Positions 53,994 through 63,391 of a stretch of 64,000 nt of DNA are shown piece after piece (the stretch's first letter is position 1; each line of letters starts with the position of its first letter). The notes beneath the pieces are model-generated. The model did not search any database. It was not told where the DNA came from and saw nothing but the letters and a program-made list of their open reading frames with translations. A program made the translations under genes and the position numbers. Origin of the DNA: a virus; IMG/VR virus record IMGVR_UViG_3300026257_000002, positions 1 through 64,000 of that record. One strand, written 5' to 3'.

Positions 53994-54638
53994 TTACAAG
54001 TTAGAAAGCAGTCTTTCAAACCCCTCAAGGATTTTACCCTCAAGTTGATTGCGAGATACACTATCTAACTCTTCTTTAATTTTTTGAACCTCTGCTTCTT
54101 TAAATGCTCCGTTATTCCAAACCCACTCTTTTCCTTCCATAATTCCGTCAACAAAAGCGTCGGGAGCAGAAGGATCTGCTACGATATCGGCAGCAGTAGT
54201 AAGCATGAAATCATCACGGACATAGTTAGAACCATCTTTCGGTTCCAAACTACCTACACCTCTAGAAGAAACTCCAAGTTGTACACCTTCACGAAGAAGG
54301 TTTTTTGCAATCTGACCCATAGGGGTTTCAAGCAGTTTTGCCTTACCAATATAATTTGAACCATCTTGGTAAAGTTCCACAATCTTATGTGAAACACGAT
54401 CAAGGTTGATGGTAGGACCATCAGGATGACCTAGTTCACCGAGAGCACGGGACTTCTGTACAAAATTTTCATTGTAATTAGTTACTTCGCGCTGAAGAAT
54501 AGGCATGGGATATACACGACCATTACGATTTTTTAGATCGCCCTGGAGAAATACTCCCTGAATGTATGTATATTCTTTTCCGTCCTTCTCTTCAGTGAGG
54601 AGTTCAATATCCTCAATGTGCTCTACGATAAGTTTCAT
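53994..54638 (-). CDS. gp21: Prohead protease (T4 gp21)
   Basis: NRNGRVYP, ALGELGHP, GVSSRG, DIVADPSAPDAF. Confidence 0.96.
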   Translation of the reverse strand: MKLIVEHIEDIELLTEEKDGKEYTYIQGVFLQGDLKNRNGRVYPMPILQREVTNYNENFVQKSRALGELGHPDGPTINLDRVSHKIVELYQDGSNYIGKAKLLETPMGQIAKNLLREGVQLGVSSRGVGSLEPKDGSNYVRDDFMLTTAADIVADPSAPDAFVDGIMEGKEWVWNNGAFKEAEVQKIKEELDSVSRNQLEGKILEGFERLLSNL

Positions 54639-54877
54639 GGTTCTTCTGTGGGTTCGGGTTCTGTGGTAGGTTCTTCAGCAGATGCTTCTACTTCAGGAAC
54701 TTCAGACTCAACTTCAGGTTCTTCTTCAGTTGGGTTCATTAGTTGAGTGGAATACTCTTTTTTATAAGTATCCAATGCTTCAGATGCCTTGGCATAAAGC
54801 ACATCAATCACTTCATCAGATGCAACGGAGTTTTCTCCATTAACAATTTGATCAATCAATTCTTTAGTTACACTCAT
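54635..54877 (-). CDS. Small acidic prohead core protein (gp67/68-like by position)
   Basis: Glu/Pro-rich 80 aa between gp20 and gp21. Confidence 0.6.
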   Translation of the reverse strand: MSVTKELIDQIVNGENSVASDEVIDVLYAKASEALDTYKKEYSTQLMNPTEEEPEVESEVPEVEASAEEPTTEPEPTEEP

Positions 54878-54905
54878 AATAGTAAATATAATATTATAAT
54901 ATTAT

Positions 54906-56537
54906 TTAGTTTTCAACGTCTTTAGAAGTTTGTGCCTTCATAGGAGGTTTAGTTGATGTAGCAACTGGACCTCCTGCTGGTGGAACTGGAGCATTGGGAT
55001 CTTCCACTGGCATGACTGGAATATCCATGAGTTCACCAGATTTTTTCTCTGCTTCAATTTGCTTGCGGAGTTCTTCAATTTCAGATTCTTTTTGTTGTAA
55101 AATCTGACGTTTGACATAATCATTAGAGTAGTAAACACCCATGAAAGGTTGCATTCTTTCTACGAGGGTTAATCTTTCACCAATCATTTCAATGTCTTTA
55201 AGTTCAGTGAAATGGTTATCGAACAGGAAGTCATATTGAATATGCTGTTCCATCATCTCCCAATCATCTGTGGTGATAACACCTTTCAGAATGAGTTGGG
55301 TCTTCAACATATCATTGAAAAGATGTGCAAATTCTTTACGCAACCTTCCAACAAATTTTATAAACTTAAGTTCATCACGCAGGATCTCATTAGAACGTCC
55401 TAAACTAAATCCCTTTTCCTCGCCCACGCGAGATGGTGGGAGATTAAGCGATTTGTAGAGTTTCTTCAGGAAGTATTCAACGTCCTTCAGTTCTCCAAGG
55501 TTTTGAGCACCAGGAAGTGTGGTAATCTCTGTTCCTCTACCACCTTCGCGACGAGGTAACCAGAAATCTTCCAGCATACTCATGAATTTCTTATCATCAC
55601 GAATCTCACCAGTGCTGGCATCATATACCAGTTTATTTCTATAGCGAGACATAACCTCTCTAAGGTATTGCTCTGCCTTAACTTTTGGAAGATTGCCAAC
55701 ATCAATATAGAAAATTCTACGCTCTGGTGCGCGTGACATTCTGTAGATAACCAAAGAATCTTCAATCATTCTCAGTTGGTTAACTGCCTTCAATGCCTTA
55801 TGAAGATATGATAAAGGAAGATTATTATTCAGATCAAGCAAACCTGACGACACAAATGTAATTGCATCAGGAGAAATTTTTACGCCTAACTGATCGTTAC
55901 CTGCAATTGAAACAGTTGCTTTACTATTAAATACACCCTTGGGGTTATACAAATAGTATTCAGTAATATTTCCATAATCAACTTTTCCATTACTATCTGT
56001 AGCAGGCTTATCTTTCTTTTTAACCTCACGCATTTTTTTGATCTTTAGTGGATCAATATAGCGAAGTTCTTTAATGCCCTCAGTGGGTTTGTTTATATCA
56101 ATTACCTTATGATAATAAAGTCTGCCATCAATGTACCAACGCCTGAAAATGTGGTAGCATTTTTTGTCAAACTTAATTAGTCTTTTAAGTTCAGCAAATT
56201 CTTCTCGAATTCTCTTCTTGATTGAGTCACTTACTTCAAGATTAGAGAGTTCAATTTCTACTGGTGAATCATCACCATCAGCAACGATTGCTTCGTTGAC
56301 TACTTCATCAATCGCAGAATCTACTTCTGGATGTAATGATACCTCGCGATATTTTCTGATCTGCTCAAATTCATTTTTTGAGATGCCTTCAATATCGACA
56401 TATTGACCGTAATAACCTCCAGCAGAGATTGTTACGGTCCCATCATCGTTATTGGGAGCAACAGGAGATAATAACCCCTGCTGCTTCTTTTTCTTTTGAT
56501 TATCTTTGTCTAAAGAAAATCCGAATAACTCCGCCAT
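54906..56537 (-). CDS. gp20: Portal vertex protein (T4 gp20)
   Basis: RRWYIDGR, RAPERRIFYIDVG, EDFWLPRREGGRGTEI. Confidence 0.97.
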   Translation of the reverse strand: MAELFGFSLDKDNQKKKKQQGLLSPVAPNNDDGTVTISAGGYYGQYVDIEGISKNEFEQIRKYREVSLHPEVDSAIDEVVNEAIVADGDDSPVEIELSNLEVSDSIKKRIREEFAELKRLIKFDKKCYHIFRRWYIDGRLYYHKVIDINKPTEGIKELRYIDPLKIKKMREVKKKDKPATDSNGKVDYGNITEYYLYNPKGVFNSKATVSIAGNDQLGVKISPDAITFVSSGLLDLNNNLPLSYLHKALKAVNQLRMIEDSLVIYRMSRAPERRIFYIDVGNLPKVKAEQYLREVMSRYRNKLVYDASTGEIRDDKKFMSMLEDFWLPRREGGRGTEITTLPGAQNLGELKDVEYFLKKLYKSLNLPPSRVGEEKGFSLGRSNEILRDELKFIKFVGRLRKEFAHLFNDMLKTQLILKGVITTDDWEMMEQHIQYDFLFDNHFTELKDIEMIGERLTLVERMQPFMGVYYSNDYVKRQILQQKESEIEELRKQIEAEKKSGELMDIPVMPVEDPNAPVPPAGGPVATSTKPPMKAQTSKDVEN

Positions 56538-56572
56538 TGTATAAATGAACTACGTTTTACTGTAGTTATTTA

Positions 56573-57160
56573 TCACGTAATTGAACTTGCCCCTACGTCA
56601 TCAGTTTCCCACCAGTCATACTGGAATTCAACTGTATATTCAGCAACAGTATTATTATTGTCATATGACAAGTCAATCTGAGCGATATTGCTTGGGAAAG
56701 CGTTGTTGAACTTGTATGATCTTACGACGTTATGAGGATCATTAGGATCATCTCCAGAAGAAGTTCCTCTACCAAGTTGATCAACTTGTAAAGTAGAAGC
56801 GAATTCTGAAGTATATCCAGCACCGTCGTCATGCTTATTCAGACGATCCATCCACTTCTCAAAGTATCCTCTGAGTGTCATATCTTCGTCTGCCATTACG
56901 GTAACAGTCCATGATTCAAACGTCCTGTCTCCAGGAAGTTTGATAACTCTACCTCTGAAAGGAACTTCTACAGTTCCAACACTGCTGGCAGGGATACCAG
57001 CAGAACGACATAGGAATGAAAATTTGCCATCACCAGCTTTTACGTCTGAAGCATTATCAATAGAATTGATGTTTGCCTCAAGCTCTACTACGCTTACGCG
57101 GAATAGATTAGGACGAAGACCGTAACCAATTTTTCCTTTGAATGCAGTTAAGTTTGCCAT
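56573..57160 (-). CDS. gp19: Tail tube protein (T4 gp19)
   Basis: LRPNLFRV, VPFRGR..KLPGDRTFESWTVT, NAFPSNI..IDLSYD. Confidence 0.95.
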   Translation of the reverse strand: MANLTAFKGKIGYGLRPNLFRVSVVELEANINSIDNASDVKAGDGKFSFLCRSAGIPASSVGTVEVPFRGRVIKLPGDRTFESWTVTVMADEDMTLRGYFEKWMDRLNKHDDGAGYTSEFASTLQVDQLGRGTSSGDDPNDPHNVVRSYKFNNAFPSNIAQIDLSYDNNNTVAEYTVEFQYDWWETDDVGASSIT

Positions 57161-57195
57161 TGTTTGATTATCTCCTTATTTGTATTTATTGTTAA

Positions 57196-59166
57196 TCAAA
57201 CTCTACCAACTACTTCATCAAAACTAACACCAGTGCGGGTAGCAACAAATGTTAGAGTGATGTAGTTGATTGATCTTGAAGGCTTGATATAGATGTCAGC
57301 GACAAATTCATTTCTATCGATAACGTCAGGAGTGTTATTTGACTCATCAGCAACTACGAGGAAATCAGTCATGCCTCTTCTCGACTGAATGTCACGCATG
57401 TAGTTGTTTACTTGCGTAGCAAAGTTATTGCGAGTAGTTACATCATTTAACTCAAAGAGTACACTCTTAGAGAAGTCTTTGATTGTTCTCTCAAGAATGA
57501 GGAACAAACGACGGACATTAACGCGGTCGAAAGCAGAAGGACTGCGAAGAGCAGTTTTATCTCCATAAAGAACAATACCCTGACCAGGGAATGAAACGAT
57601 TGGATTTACACGCTTTCCATAAAGTTCATCTCTTTGTGCTTGATTAGGATTGTAAGCAATCTTAATAGCATTTCTTAAGTTACCTCTGTTAAAACCGGCA
57701 GGTGAGAACCATGCTTCGGCAGTTTCTGAAGCATTTACACAAAGACCAGCAACATCAGCATCGCAGGGGATCCAACGATATGAATCATTAAATCTGTCGT
57801 AGATATACTTATAGTTGTTAGCGAAAACAGCGTATGAAGAACTATCACTGATTGATTCAAAGAAATCTACAACGTTTGCTGTCTGAGTAGCAGCAGTAGC
57901 AGCACCAGATCCAATAACATCAGATTTTTGTGGTGAAACAATAGTAATACAATCTTTTCTAGTATTCGACAGATTGATTAAAGAATTTGCTTTAGCAAGA
58001 CTTGAAGGACCGGTGAGAATGTAATCAATCAACATGGTCTCAGTGTCGGAGAAGACATCGAGATATGTTTGAGTTTCGTTTCCTACATTGTAATTCTGAT
58101 AGTCAGTACCAGCAGACAATGTATAAGACTTAGGTCCATAAAGGTTGAAGTCGCTTGCTGGAGTAGCAGCATCAGACATATCTACACCACTTATCGCTCC
58201 ACTATCAGCATCTTCGTAAGCAGTTACATAGATATAATTTGAACGACCTTTGATAACGTCCTTGAAGAAGTTACCTTCCCCTTCTGTAGTCTTAGCACCA
58301 GGTGCTTTTGATACAAAAAGAATTTTTTCAATAATTGTATTTGATGTTCCGGTAACACCACCAGTTGCATCAATAACTGCGAAATGAATTTCATCATTAG
58401 CACCACCTCTCGCAGCAGCGTAAGGTGAAGTGCCGGGTCGAGGTGCAATTGCACTCCACTTAATTCCTGATCCTGATCCAGTTTCTGCAAGTGTTTGCTC
58501 ATCATACCAACCTGTTACTGATTGAACAGTTAGATCAGCACTTGCAGCACCAGCACCAGAAATGATGTCGTCCTTAGCGATTAAAGATTGTCCTGCGTCT
58601 AGAACAACTGCGATTGTTAAACCATTAGTAGAGATGGAATAAACATGACCTGTGTTTCCACCGACATCGATTGCAGCACCTACAGTAGGAGCAGTGTCGT
58701 GTTCAGCATCGAGTGTAATAATTTGATCCGCACCAGCATCAATTGATACAACCTGCAGTGCATTACCCCATGTTCCAGGAGTTTTGGCAGCAAATTTATA
58801 AGCTTGTGAACTCCCTTCAAAATTAGCTTCGTAGTCACCTAAGTTATCAATATTTACCGATGTTGTGCCATTGGAATTAGCATTAGTTAAATTTCCAGCA
58901 ACAGCACTAGAAATTCTTGCTGCTTGAAGATTGCCACCGTAGTTAAGAAACTCGGAAGCAGTAAACCAAAATTCGTAGTTGTCTGCGGTTGGCTTACCGA
59001 AAGTTGAAACGAGTTCTTTCTCGTTCGTAATTAATTTTGCAACGCCTACTTCGCCTTTCATGAAAGGACCAGCAATAGCGCCGATATTGGTAGTTGTTTC
59101 TTGGAGACGTGAATTAGTAAAATCGCGCTCCTGAACAAGAATACCTGGCGATGATTGAGATGCCAT
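57196..59166 (-). CDS. gp18: Tail sheath protein (T4 gp18)
   Basis: SPGILVQERD, WFSPAGFNRG, GDKT...FDRVNVRRLF, KPSRSINYI. Confidence 0.97.
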   Translation of the reverse strand: MASQSSPGILVQERDFTNSRLQETTTNIGAIAGPFMKGEVGVAKLITNEKELVSTFGKPTADNYEFWFTASEFLNYGGNLQAARISSAVAGNLTNANSNGTTSVNIDNLGDYEANFEGSSQAYKFAAKTPGTWGNALQVVSIDAGADQIITLDAEHDTAPTVGAAIDVGGNTGHVYSISTNGLTIAVVLDAGQSLIAKDDIISGAGAASADLTVQSVTGWYDEQTLAETGSGSGIKWSAIAPRPGTSPYAAARGGANDEIHFAVIDATGGVTGTSNTIIEKILFVSKAPGAKTTEGEGNFFKDVIKGRSNYIYVTAYEDADSGAISGVDMSDAATPASDFNLYGPKSYTLSAGTDYQNYNVGNETQTYLDVFSDTETMLIDYILTGPSSLAKANSLINLSNTRKDCITIVSPQKSDVIGSGAATAATQTANVVDFFESISDSSSYAVFANNYKYIYDRFNDSYRWIPCDADVAGLCVNASETAEAWFSPAGFNRGNLRNAIKIAYNPNQAQRDELYGKRVNPIVSFPGQGIVLYGDKTALRSPSAFDRVNVRRLFLILERTIKDFSKSVLFELNDVTTRNNFATQVNNYMRDIQSRRGMTDFLVVADESNNTPDVIDRNEFVADIYIKPSRSINYITLTFVATRTGVSFDEVVGRV

Positions 59167-59245
59167 CTTTTACCTCTAAAGTTCAGATTTTATTCTGTGA
59201 TTATTTATGAAATCCTATGTTTCAACCGGGGAAACAATGCATGAA

Positions 59246-59473
59246 CTACCAGTCAGGGTAACCTTCTTCAGTAAAACGAGATTTCTTTTTTCTAGTCTCT
59301 ACAACTCTTTTAACCGTGCAGTCTTTACATTCGTAAGAATATGCTGATAATGTTGATCTACTTTTCCTAGTTCTGTAAAAATCTGTAAGTAGGTCTTTGA
59401 CTTTATTGCAAGATCTACATCTCCTTTCTTTGAAAAGAAGATGCTCTAATTGAAATTCCTCTTCAAAGTCCAT
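59246..59473 (-). CDS. Small zinc-ribbon protein resembling the N-terminal part of EndoVII/HNH-type nucleases
   Basis: CRSC...FY...YECKDC. Confidence 0.65.
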   Translation of the reverse strand: MDFEEEFQLEHLLFKERRCRSCNKVKDLLTDFYRTRKSRSTLSAYSYECKDCTVKRVVETRKKKSRFTEEGYPDW

Positions 59474-59934
59474 TATTTTAAACGTTCAAATTCAAATAAT
59501 CCTTCACCCGGTTTTGTTCCCCAAACAAAGTTTCCTGTATCAACATCATACCCTGTATCAATAGAACGGTATGAAACTCCATTGAATTGTATAAAGGATT
59601 CAACTCTTGTTTTGTTTATGATACATTCATCCTTAATTAAACCTGTCCACCAATCATCATTATATTTCCATTCTAAAATGCAACTAGGTTTTCCAGTTTT
59701 TTGATTGACGGGGTGAGTGATTACAGTAACATCATCAATATATTCATATGTAATATGATAATGACGATATGAATCATTTTCAGTTTGATAATTATACCAT
59801 TGCTTTAACTCTAATATATTATCATCTAGTTTAGTATATAAAATATTAATTTGAGGCCATCTACTAGGATTTTCAAATGCCTGCATCCTATTAAGATAAT
59901 GCCCAGCAATCATTTCACCGAAGCAATTACTCAT
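59473..59934 (-). CDS. cpeT: CpeT/CpcT-like phycobiliprotein lyase
   Basis: GHYLNRMQAFENPSRWPQI...QWYNY...SYRH pattern; C-terminal SIDTGYD...VWG. Confidence 0.62.
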   Translation of the reverse strand: MSNCFGEMIAGHYLNRMQAFENPSRWPQINILYTKLDDNILELKQWYNYQTENDSYRHYHITYEYIDDVTVITHPVNQKTGKPSCILEWKYNDDWWTGLIKDECIINKTRVESFIQFNGVSYRSIDTGYDVDTGNFVWGTKPGEGLFEFERLK

Positions 59935-61604
59935 TATAGATGCGACCCCATATAAGTAAACTCTGATGATACATCACCATACTCATCTAAGAACCAACGA
60001 TCACCATCCTTATCTACAAAACTTTCCTGATCCTCTAGACCATCAGAAATAAATCCAAAGGGTGACATATCCTGTTCGATTTGATTTTTCTGCTCGTCAT
60101 AAATTCTTTGACGAACATCATTATCCGTCATCTCTTTGAAGTAATCTTGTACTGCTAACCAGCAGAAGATAACAAGACACATCGCAAGGTCATCATGACA
60201 TCCTTCTTCTGCTTCAAATGATTGACTTTTTTGAATGAATGTAGTTAACTCACTGATAGTATCGTAATCTGGGATTATAAGTTTATCATCTTCAATGAAA
60301 GTTTTTAAGTTTAGACATCCAACCTTCTTCACGGTCTTAGACATCTTTACACCCAACTGCGTTTTCTTTCCAGAAAATCCTGTGCCTACAATTTGCCCTG
60401 CTCGCCCTCTCATGGCACACATTAAAATATTGTCATACTCCAAATCAAAATGCATCATCGATGCTATCTGATCTCCAATATCATTTACTTCAGTTAAAAC
60501 ATATGCCCTATTATATCCATTCGCCATATCAGTGATGATGGATGGGAACATCATAGGTTTAATTTCGTTATTTTTATAACGTGCTACCAACCTGTAAGGG
60601 AACTTTGTGATGTCAAAAACCAAAAATGCACTGTAATCACTACCCACACCACGAGCAACGTCAACAGTAATAATATAATCATGTTCTTTTTGGGGATTTT
60701 CATATACTACTAAACCTTTTCCGTTATCGGCAATAGGATCATCATACACCATTGTTCGCAGTTTGCTTGCCGCAATTAACGTATCCACAGATCCAAGGAA
60801 CTCACACTCAAACTCTTGAGTGAACTGGCGTTGAGATGTGTTGGCAATCGTTTGCTCTTTCCAGTTGGCATCTCTACCAGGAACTTGACTCCAGTGTACT
60901 TCTGTAGTGATATATTCGTTCTTACCTCTCTCAGCATCATGCCAGAGTTTGTAGAACATGTTCATGCCGTTAGGCGTTGAGATAATAATAACCTTAGTAG
61001 ACTTACCTGAGGAGATCGTGGGATATACTGAGGAGAAAAACTGTTCGGCAATGTGAGTTGGAACGAACGCAAATTCGTCCAAGAAGATGATGTTGAATGA
61101 CATACCTCGGACAGCAGAACTAGAAGTAGATGCTGCCATAATCTTAGAACCATTCTCAAGTTCTAGAGATCCTTTATTCCACGCCACAATACCTTGCTGC
61201 ATCCACTTGGGAAGATTTTCATAGGCAAGTTGCAACCTTCCAAGAAGTTCTCTGGATGTGCTTAGTTTGTTTGCTAGGATACCGATGTTAACGTTATCAT
61301 TAAAGATACAATAATGTAGCAAGTAAGAAACCACAGTGGTACTCTTACCAGTCTGACGTGGTAGTTTAGCAATATTGAAACGGTTTGTATGAAACCTTTT
61401 AATCATGTCCTCCTGAAAGTCCCACATTTTAAATGGAACCAGACCTTCATCTAGAGAAACAATCTTGATATAATTTCTAGTAAAGTATACAGGATCATCA
61501 GCACACTTTAACCACTCCTGAACTTGATCTGGAGTGAAACTCATTTCCACATTCGCCGCTTTTAAATTAGGCGAACCTTTATAAATTTTATCAGCTTTAA
61601 TCAT
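59934..61604 (-). CDS. gp17: Terminase large subunit (T4 gp17)
   Basis: LPRQTGKS, LDEFAF, STPNG, QEFECEF, HDDLAMCL. Confidence 0.97.
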   Translation of the reverse strand: MIKADKIYKGSPNLKAANVEMSFTPDQVQEWLKCADDPVYFTRNYIKIVSLDEGLVPFKMWDFQEDMIKRFHTNRFNIAKLPRQTGKSTTVVSYLLHYCIFNDNVNIGILANKLSTSRELLGRLQLAYENLPKWMQQGIVAWNKGSLELENGSKIMAASTSSSAVRGMSFNIIFLDEFAFVPTHIAEQFFSSVYPTISSGKSTKVIIISTPNGMNMFYKLWHDAERGKNEYITTEVHWSQVPGRDANWKEQTIANTSQRQFTQEFECEFLGSVDTLIAASKLRTMVYDDPIADNGKGLVVYENPQKEHDYIITVDVARGVGSDYSAFLVFDITKFPYRLVARYKNNEIKPMMFPSIITDMANGYNRAYVLTEVNDIGDQIASMMHFDLEYDNILMCAMRGRAGQIVGTGFSGKKTQLGVKMSKTVKKVGCLNLKTFIEDDKLIIPDYDTISELTTFIQKSQSFEAEEGCHDDLAMCLVIFCWLAVQDYFKEMTDNDVRQRIYDEQKNQIEQDMSPFGFISDGLEDQESFVDKDGDRWFLDEYGDVSSEFTYMGSHL

Positions 61605-61613
61605 AATAATTTT

Positions 61614-61814
61614 TTACATCATTTCACCGAATAAATGTTTTTTATCATGTTCAATAGTTTTTCTTGTCATATCTAATATTTTTTGTAAATTCTCTGCTTT
61701 CTTCTTTAGCTCTTCTATTTCTTTGTTATGGTCCTCCTGTTTGGAGGCGTGATTGTCCTTCTTCTGTGAGTCCAAATTCTTTTGTGATAGTCCTCTCCAA
61801 CTGCTTAGAAGCAT
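61614..61814 (-). CDS. Hypothetical coiled-coil ORF (66 aa); start uncertain
   Basis: ORF track; ends 10 nt before gp17. Confidence 0.4.
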   Translation of the reverse strand: MLLSSWRGLSQKNLDSQKKDNHASKQEDHNKEIEELKKKAENLQKILDMTRKTIEHDKKHLFGEMM

Positions 61815-61869
61815 CCTTATCCGAACGTTTAGCTTCTAATAACTCTCTAAATTCTTTAAATTTTTTCAT
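61726..61869 (-). CDS. Small protein (47 aa, MKKFKEFRELLEAKRSD...) with capsid-targeting-like N-terminus
   Basis: Manual translation; ATAAATA at 61894-61900 upstream. Confidence 0.5.
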   Translation of the reverse strand: MKKFKEFRELLEAKRSDKDASKQLERTITKEFGLTEEGQSRLQTGGP

Positions 61870-61900
61870 ACTAGTTGGGAGGGTTTACTAATATATTTAT

Positions 61901-62161
61901 TTAATTTCCATATGCAATTAGTGTCGCCCATACCGAAGATCCGCCAGTAGAAGCTTCTACAACAGCACCAGGTTCTTTTTTGATTGCCATTCCTGCATTA
62001 GCAGGAATATAAACTGTTACTGGTGAAGCATTAGCAACAGTAACTTTGGCAGCATTAGAGTGAGTGTTTACTACCCAAAGAAGTGTTCCTGCTAAAGCAG
62101 CAGCATCAGCTAATGCAGCTGCTTGAATATCTTCTGCGGCAGTGAGAGGTTTGATGATCAT
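61901..62161 (-). CDS. Ala/Val-rich hypothetical (probable virion) protein (86 aa)
   Basis: ORF track; ATAAATA at 62180-62186. Confidence 0.7.
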   Translation of the reverse strand: MIIKPLTAAEDIQAAALADAAALAGTLLWVVNTHSNAAKVTVANASPVTVYIPANAGMAIKKEPGAVVEASTGGSSVWATLIAYGN

Positions 62162-62178
62162 TTGTCTATACTTTTTAG

Positions 62179-62595
62179 TTATTTATCTTCTAAATTATTT
62201 TTTGCCTTCTTCAACATCTTTGCTAGATCAGCAGTAGATCCAACAAACATAGTATTATTAACTGTCGTCGGACCTTTCTTTTCTTCTTGACCTAGATCTT
62301 TCATTTTCTTCTGAAGATCAGATAACTTATCAGTGATGTCAGCAACGTTCTTAATGCCCTGGAAGGCGACTTCGTATGCTCTTGGATGATTGCTACTCCT
62401 AGCAACGTCAAGCAACTCCTCAATGGCAACCTGACCCTTCTGAATGAGTTCATATAACTCACCACGGGCATACTTATAATCTGTTTCTATGTCAACACTA
62501 GTAACATCAACCTTTTCAAGTTTGGGTTGCTCCTCTTCATCCATAGGAGTGATGTTAAAAATATCCTCCATATTTTGCTGGAATTTATTGTCCAT
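62179..62595 (-). CDS. gp16: Terminase small subunit (T4 gp16)
   Basis: DYKYARGELY, HPRAYEVA, NNTMFVGSTADL. Confidence 0.92.
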   Translation of the reverse strand: MDNKFQQNMEDIFNITPMDEEEQPKLEKVDVTSVDIETDYKYARGELYELIQKGQVAIEELLDVARSSNHPRAYEVAFQGIKNVADITDKLSDLQKKMKDLGQEEKKGPTTVNNTMFVGSTADLAKMLKKAKNNLEDK

Positions 62596-63391
62596 GATAT
62601 ATTATACCTTCATTAAATCCAAAATCATCATCTGGTTGCAACAGAGCATCATCAGCAGCATTAATAACACCATCAGTGTTTTTATCTTCTAATGCTTTAG
62701 GAGTGACGTTATATTCAAGTGCCCTTTGATTAGTATCTTTATCACCAATAAGAGTAGTAGCAATAGATTTTCTAATGATATCATTAGCAGCAACAGGACC
62801 ATACATAAAGGTCTTGACGCTAAATCTTAGTGTGTAATAAATATATCTTCTGGTGGAGTAATCACCTTCATATTCATCAGTATAATCAATACTTTCTAAG
62901 ATGATTGGAATATCCCTCTTCTCATTCATTTCAGGAATGAGATCGATAGTCATAGTAAACTGTGGTTGAAAGAATGGTAAAATCTGTTCAACGATTTGAA
63001 GAGCATCATCTTGAGATTTTGCAATAGCATTAAGTTCAAATCCAATAGTATATGGAACAGGAAGATACTGTACCTTTATAGTTTCAGTCTTCCCATCACC
63101 CACTACTTTATTTCTTTGAATGGGTGGAACTTTTCTTCCTGTATCATACTGCAAAGATGTCATCTCAAATGATAACCTAGGCACAGTAACAGTTACCTTC
63201 TTATCAAGATTAGGAGATTGCTCAAGTCTTGCTAAAAATTTCTGAATAGGTCCATACGCTAAAGGAACCTTCTGCTGAGTGACTAGATCACCATTAGCAT
63301 CAGTTGTCTTTAATTGAATATTATTAAAGAGAGTACCAAAAGTGGTTACAGTCTTTCTAATAATTTGGTGATAAAAATAATTTCCTAACAT
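62585..63391 (-). CDS. gp15: Tail sheath stabiliser / completion protein (T4 gp15)
   Basis: YFYHQIIRKTV..FGTLFNNI, VPLAYGPIQKF, PRLSFEM, EQILPFFQP. Confidence 0.94.
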   Translation of the reverse strand: MLGNYFYHQIIRKTVTTFGTLFNNIQLKTTDANGDLVTQQKVPLAYGPIQKFLARLEQSPNLDKKVTVTVPRLSFEMTSLQYDTGRKVPPIQRNKVVGDGKTETIKVQYLPVPYTIGFELNAIAKSQDDALQIVEQILPFFQPQFTMTIDLIPEMNEKRDIPIILESIDYTDEYEGDYSTRRYIYYTLRFSVKTFMYGPVAANDIIRKSIATTLIGDKDTNQRALEYNVTPKALEDKNTDGVINAADDALLQPDDDFGFNEGIIYHGQ

